IMG/VR virus record: IMGVR_UViG_3300025154_000065
Span: 22,772 to 86,771 of that record
Length of the DNA stretch: 64,000 nt
From: a virus
Direction: 5' to 3' (one strand)
The notes under the pieces are model-generated. The model worked only from the letters and a program-made list of their open reading frames with translations, searched no databases and was not told the DNA's origin. A program made the position numbers and the translations under genes. Shown in pieces: positions 10,584 through 18,853 of this stretch. Within the stretch, counting starts at the first letter, position 1. Each line of letters begins with the position of its first letter.

Positions 10584-10723
10584 TTAGGGTAAGTTATTTG
10601 AGGCATTCATTTGTAAAGTCTGATTATGAGTCAGATGCGTTTACCAATTCCGCCGTATAGTCCGAAGACTACAGAAGGACTCGAACCTTCAATTTTGCAT
10701 GTATCCTCAAAAAGTAACCCTAA
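10584..10723 (-). ncRNA. motif RNA A: terminal motif stem enclosing a circularly permuted tRNA (anticodon CAT)
   Basis: TTAGGGT-TACT-TTTTGAGG-ATACATGC, then T-arm, acceptor closed by a TTCG loop, D-arm, TCTGA-CTCATAA-TCAGA, then AATGAATG-CCTCAAAT-AACTT-ACCCTAA. Confidence 0.85.
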
Positions 10724-10730
10724 ATTGAAA

Positions 10731-10801
10731 AATGGGATAAATCAAAAAGGCTTTATTGTTTTCTCCGATGATAACATGTATGCCTTCTTAGTAATCCCAT
10801 T
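10731..10801 (-). ncRNA. motif RNA B: minimal motif hairpin without tRNA part
   Basis: AATGGGAT-TACT-AAGAAGGC-ATACATG...ATAAA-GCCTTTTT-GATTT-ATCCCATT. Confidence 0.78.
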
Positions 10802-10808
10802 TGTTTAC

Positions 10809-10915
10809 TGGTGGGGAATGTTGTTCCATTGCAATTTTAGATCCTAAATCTAACGCATGTATGATTACTTTGTGCCATTTCTGGAAGTCAAATAACCTTT
10901 TAATGGCATTCCCCA
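10809..10915 (-). ncRNA. motif RNA C: tRNA acceptor with CCA and Leu(TAG) anticodon arm carrying the permuted motif
   Basis: GGGGAATG/CATTCCCC-A-CCA; GGTTATTT-GACTT-CCAGAAATGG-CACA-AAGTAATC-ATACATGC; TTAGA-TTTAGGA-TCTAA. Confidence 0.75.
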
Positions 10916-10924
10916 TAAATAAAT

Positions 10925-11506
10925 CTATCTTGATTTCTTATTAATTTTTAGAGGAATCGAAGATAGAGTTGAAGCCAAATATTCGTTTTTTCTTACTATA
11001 TCAATTGGCAAATTCTTTGAAATCTGTATATAGTAATCAGAATCAAGCCAATTAGTATATTCCATTCTTCCTCTAGTTTTATTACATTTTTTACATGCAG
11101 TCAAGAGATTTTCTTCTATGCTTGGACCACCATTTTCCCATAAAATTAAATGATCAACCGTTAGAGGAATTCCTGTTTTATTACAATATCTACATGAATA
11201 ATGATCCCGTTGAAAAACTCTCCAGCTTACAAATTGGTCAATTTGTCTTTCGCATTTCCTTACAATAGTTTTTATAAATTGACCATCATTTTGGGAGAAT
11301 ACTTCTGTTTTCAATGTATCTGTTTGACGAAAGAATTTCTTCCAATCTTCTAAATTCATATTTAAGTATATTTCGTTATGCAAATCTTCTACATAATCTG
11401 GAAGATAACAATAATAATCTTTTTCATTTCCAGATATAATAATTCCTGATATTTGGATGGTATTTCCAAGATCATAAATTTCAATATCATCAAGAGTTAT
11501 TTCCAT
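10925..11506 (-). CDS. HNH endonuclease inside the RNA array
   Basis: RDHYSCRYC, TVDHL, GG...ENLLTACKKCN. Confidence 0.88.
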   Translation of the reverse strand: MEITLDDIEIYDLGNTIQISGIIISGNEKDYYCYLPDYVEDLHNEIYLNMNLEDWKKFFRQTDTLKTEVFSQNDGQFIKTIVRKCERQIDQFVSWRVFQRDHYSCRYCNKTGIPLTVDHLILWENGGPSIEENLLTACKKCNKTRGRMEYTNWLDSDYYIQISKNLPIDIVRKNEYLASTLSSIPLKINKKSR

Positions 11507-11523
11507 ATTCTTCCTTTAAAAGA

Positions 11524-11617
11524 TGGCGGGGGAGGGTGGGGCGAACCACCGTTTGCATGTAAGATTTTACAATTAGCTTTTTAGCAAGTCTGAAAACCTT
11601 TCATCAATTCTCCCCCA
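11524..11617 (-). ncRNA. motif RNA D: acceptor with CCA and T-arm, with the D and anticodon arms replaced by the permuted motif
   Basis: GGGGGAG/CTCCCCC-G-CCA; GGTGG-TTCGCC-CCACC; GATGAAA-GGTTTTCA-GACTT-GCTAAAAAGC-TAAT-TGTAAAATC-TTACATGC. Confidence 0.78.
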
Positions 11618-11624
11618 TAAAAGA

Positions 11625-11749
11625 TGGGTTGTAAATCTGCTGTACTATTTAGGTTACGCTCGTGGGAATCGAACCCACAACACTCGGCTTTCAAGGCTGA
11701 TGCTCTACCAATTGAGCTAAAGCATGTAAGCACAGCAAGTAACAACCCA
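11625..11749 (-). ncRNA. motif RNA E: motif stem extending the acceptor of a whole tRNA body (anticodon TGA, no CCA)
   Basis: TGGGTTGT-TACT-TGCTGTGC-TTACATGC, D-arm GCTCAATTGGTAGAGC, CTTGAAA loop, GTGGG-TTCGATT-CCCAC, GTACAGCA-GATTT-ACAACCCA. Confidence 0.82.
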
Positions 11750-11758
11750 AGCAATAGC

Positions 11759-11767
11759 AATATAGCA
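11759..11767 (-). promoter_or_regulatory. extended -10 promoter for the RNA/TROVE operon
   Basis: TGCTATATT (TGn-TATAAT-like) about 10 nt upstream of RNA E; no clear -35. Confidence 0.5.
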
Positions 11768-12640
11768 TGGTTTTTGAAGAGGCATAAAATATTATTGATT
11801 GATACAATAAATTACTTTTTAAATTTGTTATTTATATGCAATACCAAATCACCAAATATCTCCTTGTCCATCAAAAATGGTCCCTGTATTGGACTTTTTA
11901 AATACTTCGATTGATACCAAATCCATATTCCATATTCTGGCAATTGGCCTTCTTTGCCAAATACAGGACCAACACGAAATCTCAACAATTGTTCATCATC
12001 TAATATTGCAAAAGTTGAATCATCTTCTATAATTTCATTAGTTTCCATGAGGTTCTCTCCCTTCAAAAAATTGAAACCAACATTCTTTACAAAAATCTTT
12101 TGTGTATATTAGTTTTCTATCAGAATCAAAAGCTAATAAGTAGCCAAATTCTTCATTTAATTCTTCTCCACATAATAATTGTTTATATTCAAAATTGTTT
12201 TTAATAATATGAATTTTATTATTTTGAAAATAAACTGTTTTTGTCATTCCTTAATCCTTTTGAATATCAATTTTGAATTATCTATATAAATTAATTCCCA
12301 TCCGTTATTACCATATTCATTTAAATTCTCTTCAAAATTATCAAAGCTAAATGGAAAACATCCACTATATTCAAAATATCTTATTTTGTATTCATATTTT
12401 ATTATTCCCATATCCACTCCCACTCTTTTTCATTGTCAATTCTTTTCTGAATACTTTCTGGGATTCCATTAGGAAACCAACATTTTAGACATATATCTTT
12501 AGAAGATATATGTCTTTCACAAGAATCAAAAGTTATTATCTTACAGTGATATATGTCAATCTCTTCACAACATATAAAATATTGTGTTATATTTTTAGAT
12601 GAAATAAAATGTATTTTACCATTTTGAATATATCCTGTTA

Positions 12641-14173
12641 TTACCATTTTTCCTCTCTTTCACTATCTAGAAATGCTTGACCAACTTCAAGTTGTCTCAG
12701 AACTCTCACTTCTTCCAGTTCGTTAAATTGTTCATCTCTACCTTTGATTTTGCTAACTCTAATATATCTCATTTGTTTTTCTTCTGGAGTTTGATGTATT
12801 CCAAATGCAATATCTGGATGTCCATATTTAGCTCTAGCAGAACCAGAAGCATCACCCATCTTTGATTTTCTTTTATTTAATGCAGCGGTTTTTATTTGTG
12901 TTGCAGTTATAACAAGAGTATGTCTCTCTCCTGCTATTCTCGCAAGACTTTTCCATATGTCATCAATTTTTTGTTCATCATTGCCATCTTTTAATTCAGG
13001 AACTACAATATCAGCATAATCAACTATGATTATGTCAGGGATAAATCCTTCAAGATATTCTGCAATATCTAATTGTCGTTCCATGTCTGATAATGTAGCT
13101 GAAAATCTAGGAAAGCATTTTAATCTCCAATTATCTCCATAAGTTCTTGTTACCGCTTGAGTCTTACTTAGAATTTTCTCTGTTGAGATAGCTGGTCTTT
13201 CGATTTCAATAAACCAACTGTCCATTTTATAATCTCTTTTAAACGATTCATGATTTCTACAAAATGTACATGGTTTATAACCTTTTGGCTGATATTCAAT
13301 TGAATGTGGTTTTGTCCCTGTTTCTGGATCGTAAAGACCTATTTCATTTGTTCTAAAATGCTTATTGCATAAATTATGTTGATTCAATATACAATCAAAT
13401 GATGGATAAATAAATTTACCACCTTGTTCCATTTGTGCAGTTATTCTCTTATAATATCTTTGTGCTAATCTTTTATCATTCATTTCAAAATTAAACTCAA
13501 AGACATTTAAACCTGCAAAAATACCCAACATTCTACATTCTGATAGTATCCATGACTTCCCGATTCCGTAACCACCTTGTACTGAAACAAGCATCCCTCT
13601 ACAGAACCAGTCAAGCAAATCTCCTAACGCTCCTCTAAATCGTATAAGTTTATCATCTTCTGCTTCATTCATTACTTTCTTGATAAACTCTGGATCATTG
13701 GGATTTACGTATGTTCCCATTACTTTTGCTACTTTATTGAATCCTGCAACTTCCTTCTCTGCTTCATCAATCTTATCTAATTTGATTAATCCGTCAAGAC
13801 GTTCTTTGTGTACTTCAAGAGAACGCTTTCTAAAATAAGCAATGGCTTTATCTATTGCAAATGGTTTATTGAAATTTTGTTCGTATTGTGCTGAAAGATT
13901 TTGGAGGAATATTTCTATAAGATCAGCTTCATCAGAGTTTAGAGATAAACTCTCTGCTGCAAAGATATCTGTGATTTCTTCTTTTGGAGCAGCTTCATAT
14001 TGATTATAATGATTTAGAATCCACTTTGATACTTTTCTAGCTAAAGGAGTTTGCCAGTAATCAGATTTTACTAAAGGAACAATCTCCTTTAGAAAATCAC
14101 TATTTGTTATCATGTTTGTTATTATTTGTTTTTCTACTGTTAAATCGACTTCATTTCTTCTCAATAAAGCCAT
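12641..14173 (-). CDS. DnaB-like replicative helicase with Cys-rich insertion
   Basis: Walker A GGYGIGKS, FEM, IIVDYAD, TATQ, KGR; DnaB-like N-terminal domain. Confidence 0.88.
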   Translation of the reverse strand: MALLRRNEVDLTVEKQIITNMITNSDFLKEIVPLVKSDYWQTPLARKVSKWILNHYNQYEAAPKEEITDIFAAESLSLNSDEADLIEIFLQNLSAQYEQNFNKPFAIDKAIAYFRKRSLEVHKERLDGLIKLDKIDEAEKEVAGFNKVAKVMGTYVNPNDPEFIKKVMNEAEDDKLIRFRGALGDLLDWFCRGMLVSVQGGYGIGKSWILSECRMLGIFAGLNVFEFNFEMNDKRLAQRYYKRITAQMEQGGKFIYPSFDCILNQHNLCNKHFRTNEIGLYDPETGTKPHSIEYQPKGYKPCTFCRNHESFKRDYKMDSWFIEIERPAISTEKILSKTQAVTRTYGDNWRLKCFPRFSATLSDMERQLDIAEYLEGFIPDIIIVDYADIVVPELKDGNDEQKIDDIWKSLARIAGERHTLVITATQIKTAALNKRKSKMGDASGSARAKYGHPDIAFGIHQTPEEKQMRYIRVSKIKGRDEQFNELEEVRVLRQLEVGQAFLDSEREEKW

Positions 14174-14191
14174 TATTAATAAATCCCTCCA

Positions 14192-14989
14192 TTAATCAAA
14201 TATCTTAAAACCTCTTTTACTTTTTATTTTATCTGGATCAAATGATTGAACATCATCATAAATTCTTCTCTCTGCAATCTTTACATATTCTTCTTCTTTT
14301 TCTATGAGAATGAAATTTCTATTTGATTTTTTAGCAGCAACGCCAGTAGTGCCAGAACCAGCGCAATTATCCAAAATCAAAGCATTTTCGTTTGTATATG
14401 TTTTTATTAGATATTCAAATAAAGGAACAGGTTTTTCCGTTGGATGATTGCTTTTATCCTTATCTCCAAAACAAGCTCTAAATTCTAATATGTCAGATGG
14501 ATAACTTTTATTTATTGATATCTCTCTTGATGATTCCTTTTCCATATCTCCATAAGAGTCTGTATTTTTACGTTTTGTTGTGGCAGGTCTTATGTTTTTA
14601 GGATCTTTCTTTACAAATTGTGGATTATAAGTACAAGAATTACTATAAAATACACTAATTCTTTCTGTTAATCTCATAGGCATTTTCTTTGCGTTTAAAT
14701 GACCAGTTGCTTTATCTTTCTTCCATACCCAATCATATTTATAATTCTCTAAATTAGAGCAACGTAATAGTGAACTAAAAGGTTCTGCTCCAAATAATAC
14801 TATTGCTGAATTATCTTTGATAATTCTTTTATATTGTTTCCATAATGGTTCAAAAGGAATTATTGTATCCCAACAACATTGGGTGGTTCCATATGGGAGA
14901 TCACACAAGATAAGATCAATTGATTTATCATCAATCTCTTTCATTACTTCTAAACAATCACCATGATATATTTTGTTGATTTCCAGCAT
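14192..14989 (-). CDS. N4/N6 DNA methyltransferase (beta class)
   Basis: GDCLEVM, DLPY, HPTEKP, LDNCAGSGTT. Confidence 0.93.
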   Translation of the reverse strand: MLEINKIYHGDCLEVMKEIDDKSIDLILCDLPYGTTQCCWDTIIPFEPLWKQYKRIIKDNSAIVLFGAEPFSSLLRCSNLENYKYDWVWKKDKATGHLNAKKMPMRLTERISVFYSNSCTYNPQFVKKDPKNIRPATTKRKNTDSYGDMEKESSREISINKSYPSDILEFRACFGDKDKSNHPTEKPVPLFEYLIKTYTNENALILDNCAGSGTTGVAAKKSNRNFILIEKEEEYVKIAERRIYDDVQSFDPDKIKSKRGFKIFD

Positions 14990-14992
14990 TAT

Positions 14993-15616
14993 TTATATCC
15001 TACAAAAAGGTACATCGCCTTTAGAAAATGTCTTTTTATCTTCATAGATATCTTCTTTTACTTTTTGGACATATGATCTACTTTGCTCCTCAGTAGTAAG
15101 TCCTTCTTTTATTTCAGTACACCAATCACTTAATTGTAGAATTCTCCAACCTGGGAATGAATGCTTTGCTGCTACATCAAGACATATCTCATATCTTTCT
15201 AAATCCAGATAACTACATGTCGCACAAATCAATTCTCTATCATTATCTGGTGTGATAGTACATTTATTTTCAATTACTCCAACTACTGTAGGTGTTTTGC
15301 AATAGTAATAATCTTTGCATTCTGGATCACTTAATATGACTTTTTTACGACGATTGGATGGAACTAACACAATATTTCTTCTCTCGTAATTAAATATATT
15401 GCCATCAATATGAAGCAGAGTTTTATTTCTTCTGTCTGCATCATTAAACATTGTGCAATGTAAATATTTGCAATTTAACTCATCTGATTTGATAACCATT
15501 CTAGGACCGGCTTTTGTATTTATCTCGCAAGCATAAAATATGTAGTCTTTTACTCTATCATAATCTGCTATGTCGAGCTTGACGTAACCTCCACCCTTGA
15601 GCTTGAGACTTGCCAT
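14993..15616 (-). CDS. hypothetical protein with degenerate HNH-like N-terminus
   Basis: LDIADYDRV...LH...HIDGN..NYERRNI resembles phage HNH_3. Confidence 0.4.
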   Translation of the reverse strand: MASLKLKGGGYVKLDIADYDRVKDYIFYACEINTKAGPRMVIKSDELNCKYLHCTMFNDADRRNKTLLHIDGNIFNYERRNIVLVPSNRRKKVILSDPECKDYYYCKTPTVVGVIENKCTITPDNDRELICATCSYLDLERYEICLDVAAKHSFPGWRILQLSDWCTEIKEGLTTEEQSRSYVQKVKEDIYEDKKTFSKGDVPFCRI

Positions 15617-15995
15617 ACAGACGCCCTCTCTGAAGCCGTATTTTGGCCTTATTTTGCATTATCGCCATGTTTTTGTACTCTGGCACATTGTAGCACAGAA
15701 GTCCAAAAGAAAGGCCAAATTTTAACAATTTAAGGGGTATGTGATTTTATATGGATTAGCCATAAACTCTTCTAGCTTTATGTTCATTGTCATAAAATTT
15801 ACAGCCCCAATATGTTAATCTTTCATAATTAATATATTTTGTTCTTTCATCTGGATTTTCTGAAACCCATTGACGTATAGCATCAATTAGTGAATTTGCT
15901 TCATAAGTTCCGCAGAATGTCGCTCCACAAGATTGTCCTGTTGCAATAAAACCTTCTAGCCATAGAGTTATTGTTTTCATAATTTATTCTCCGCA

Positions 15996-16733
15996 TTAGG
16001 AACACCATCCACAATTACGACATCTATAAATACCAAGTTTTGAATCGTAATATAAATATTTATCATCACATTCACATTTTTTCATTTTATTTTTCTCCAT
16101 AAATTCTAACATTTTCCATGCATATCTAGCCACTGCTGGAACTTGTCCATTTCCAGTGGCTCTAAGTCTGTCCATCCTATAGGCCATCCCATTAGATATT
16201 CTTGATTCTCCGGGATTACTTGTCCAAAAACTTGTACATACGCACGACAGGCAGGATGTTTCTGCATTGATTTTGCTGTATAATTTCCCTTCGTTGTTGG
16301 AGTATGCACGTAACCAATATCTTTCCCGAATGTGGTCTGCACCCAAGTTTCTGAGACATTCTGCAGCATTGTTGATTGAATCATATGTAACATTTTCCGA
16401 AAAAACGTATTTTGGTTTAACTTCTTTGATAATTCTAAGCATTTCCGGCCATAAGTCTTCAGCAATAATTCTACCTGAAGACGCTTTACTGAATGGTTGA
16501 CATGGGAATCCGCCAGAAACCACATCAATAATTCCTTCCCATATGGTTCCGTCAAAGGTATGTACATCGTCCCATATAGGGAATGATGGAAGATATCCTT
16601 CATTTTGTCGCTGCATGAGTCGTCTAATGCAGAAGGGATCGTTTTCAACTGCACAGATTGTTTTCCATCCGAGTAATTGACTTGCAAGAAGTCCTCCTCC
16701 AGCGCCAGCGAAAAGTGCCAACTCATTCATCAT
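15996..16733 (-). CDS. C5 cytosine methyltransferase, alpha polypeptide
   Basis: LFAGAGG (I), GGFPCQPFS (IV), ENV (VI), RER (VIII), GNGQVP (X); lacks motif IX; GAGGAG RBS. Confidence 0.88.
   Translation of the reverse strand: MMNELALFAGAGGGLLASQLLGWKTICAVENDPFCIRRLMQRQNEGYLPSFPIWDDVHTFDGTIWEGIIDVVSGGFPCQPFSKASSGRIIAEDLWPEMLRIIKEVKPKYVFSENVTYDSINNAAECLRNLGADHIRERYWLRAYSNNEGKLYSKINAETSCLSCVCTSFWTSNPGESRISNGMAYRMDRLRATGNGQVPAVARYAWKMLEFMEKNKMKKCECDDKYLYYDSKLGIYRCRNCGWCS
16106..16726 (-). CDS. C5 methyltransferase beta polypeptide, nested in an alternative frame
   Basis: 206-aa ORF wholly inside alpha; PENQEYLMGWPIGWTD is motif IX; its ATG overlaps the upstream TGA (ATGA). Confidence 0.75.
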   Translation of the reverse strand: MSWHFSLALEEDFLQVNYSDGKQSVQLKTIPSALDDSCSDKMKDIFHHSLYGTMYIPLTEPYGKELLMWFLADSHVNHSVKRLQVELLLKTYGRKCLELSKKLNQNTFFRKMLHMIQSTMLQNVSETWVQTTFGKDIGYVHTPTTKGNYTAKSMQKHPACRAYVQVFGQVIPENQEYLMGWPIGWTDLEPLEMDKFQQWLDMHGKC

Positions 16734-17203
16734 TCTCCTCGTATAAGACTTTATGAGTTTTATAATGCCATCCATCAAACCATTTAAGATAAACATAAGA
16801 TACTTTGCCTTTTAATCTTTTATTATAATATTCCTCTGCTTCTTTTATAGTCATGCGCCCTCTTACAACCTTTATTTTATTCTTTGGCATATCTGGAGTT
16901 CTATAACAAAGATTTACATTCATGTTATTTATCCTCAAGATAGATCAATAATCTGCATTTCTTTCTTTGTGAGTTTTATTTCTAATAGATTTGGAACGTA
17001 TTTAATTCCTTCACTTCTAGCCCATTCTTTGGCTTTTTTTACTGCTTCGTTATTTGATTCATAATAATTAATTCCTCGTATAATTAATACATCATGCCTC
17101 CACCCGTATTTATCTTGTAAGATCCCCATTAATGCTGCATAATAACCAAGAATTGAATCAAAATGAATTGTTATATATTTTTTAATATATTGTTCTGGCA
17201 CTT

Positions 17204-18853
17204 TTATTCTCCTTCATAATCTTTTTTGACTTCGCCATAATATTTATTTGTTATTCCTTCTTCATGAAAGAATGTGGGAATTCTTGCAGAAAAGGTTCTA
17301 TCTGATGATAACCATCCAGGTGATATTAATTTAACATCTTCATTTGCAGATATAATAATTGCTTTTATAAGCACTTCTGCCCAATAAGGTTCCTTTTTTA
17401 AGAAGAATCCAGATAATATTTTTGATCTATTTCTTTCAATAAATTCCATATACTTCTTTGAACTTAATCTAAAGCAATTTTCGTCAGACGATGAGAATTT
17501 ACAATCTAATCTACCATTTACTTTCTCGCAATAATACTTTTTGATTTGAATAGTAAGTGCAGGATATTGATCTTCAATTAAACGGATATTACCTTGTGGT
17601 ATAAGTTTTGGAGGATTTTCTAAATTAGAGATAAAATTACTTAAAGGGATTGGATATTCTAATGTTTTGTTTATTTCAATTGCATATGAATTATAAAAGA
17701 AATCTTGCATTTTAAGTTTTGCCATACTACGTTTGGTTGTTTCCTTGGTAGGAGTGTAATTTATATCAAGCGCAGCTTTATGGAAATTTTCTATTGATTG
17801 AACTATTTGTTCTTTAGTATAAATCTTTCCTTTATATGTTTCATTTAAACCTGCTTTATGATCAAAGAATATACCAGACATTATATCTTTTATAATATTT
17901 CTACAAAATTTATAATCTTCTTCTGTAAGGAATTTTAGTTTCTTTAATCTCCAAAATGATATTATTTCATCTATATCATCTTTAATTGGAGTATTGTATT
18001 CTATTCTTTTGCCGCGAGCGCCATTATTAGATTTAGAAGCAGGTTTATCACACTTTGAAAAATCTAACTCGTCCTTGGAAGGGCGTCTAAATGTCTTCCC
18101 TTCCAAGGGAGTGTTATCTTCTTTGCAAGGAGTGTTTAATTTACAAGGAGTTGATTGATTATCTTGAGTTTGATTGATATCTATATTTACTCTCTTAAAT
18201 GTTTTTGTTGTTTTAATGGACGATTCAGCCGACGGCTGTTCCGTCGGCTTTGTATTAGATGATGGAATAGACTGCGAAGCAGGATATTCTTCTTCTAATA
18301 CTGTTTTATTACTACTTGTTATACTTATATCTGTTATACCTTGATCATCCAAGCCTGTACCATCCAAGTTTGCATCATCCATACCTGCATTTGGCACACA
18401 CGGTTTTTCCGTATATGCATTTAGTACACACGGATTTTCTTCAATTAAATCACATACTTTTGTAATCGGCTTATTTCTTTTTCCAAGAGGTATTAATTTA
18501 AATCCTAAATTGGCCTTATTTGCTCTTTCAAGAGCTTCATTTTCTTCAATAGGTCTACTATAAACACAGTATAAATATCCTTCAATTACATTACCTTCTC
18601 CTCTTTTACTAAATCTATAAACATATTTAGCATCTAATAATTCATCAAGAGCAGTTCTAATTGCTCTTTCGCCATCAGTAACTCTTTTTATAATATCTTT
18701 TAAATAAAGTTTCCATCCTTCTTTTCTTGTTGTCATATATGTATGAATATATTTTGCTCTTGCTGATAATGTATGGTCATCATCTAATACATGTAGATCA
18801 AGTATCCTAAATTTTTCCATTTTTTCTTCTTGAATATATCTTAATTCGCTCAT
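17204..18853 (-). CDS. replication initiator-like protein with N-terminal winged HTH
   Basis: LSARAKYIHTYM...W...DGERAIRTALDELLDAKYV, followed by a repeat-encoded linker. Confidence 0.7.
   Translation of the reverse strand: MSELRYIQEEKMEKFRILDLHVLDDDHTLSARAKYIHTYMTTRKEGWKLYLKDIIKRVTDGERAIRTALDELLDAKYVYRFSKRGEGNVIEGYLYCVYSRPIEENEALERANKANLGFKLIPLGKRNKPITKVCDLIEENPCVLNAYTEKPCVPNAGMDDANLDGTGLDDQGITDISITSSNKTVLEEEYPASQSIPSSNTKPTEQPSAESSIKTTKTFKRVNIDINQTQDNQSTPCKLNTPCKEDNTPLEGKTFRRPSKDELDFSKCDKPASKSNNGARGKRIEYNTPIKDDIDEIISFWRLKKLKFLTEEDYKFCRNIIKDIMSGIFFDHKAGLNETYKGKIYTKEQIVQSIENFHKAALDINYTPTKETTKRSMAKLKMQDFFYNSYAIEINKTLEYPIPLSNFISNLENPPKLIPQGNIRLIEDQYPALTIQIKKYYCEKVNGRLDCKFSSSDENCFRLSSKKYMEFIERNRSKILSGFFLKKEPYWAEVLIKAIIISANEDVKLISPGWLSSDRTFSARIPTFFHEEGITNKYYGEVKKDYEGE
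18226..18440. repeat. iteron-like repeats, AT-rich tract and inverted repeat; putative origin
   Basis: CATCC at 18346, 18361, 18376 (15-bp period); TGCATTTRGYACACACGGWTTTTC at 18386 and 18416; AGCCGACGG-N5-CCGTCGGCT at 18227. Confidence 0.55.

Noticed and set aside
10626-10847. Plus-strand ORFs over the RNA array (also 11624..11914)
   Set aside because: Antisense shadows of tRNA-like sequence, with no RBS and opposite to local transcription
11655-11726. Opal suppressor tRNA explaining the in-frame TGA at 44524
   Set aside because: The anticodon is TGA (reads UCA, Ser); a UGA suppressor would need TCA
10584-11749. CRISPR array or an ordinary tRNA cluster
   Set aside because: There are no identical direct repeats or cas genes, conservation is structural, and only tRNA-Pro is a complete canonical tRNA
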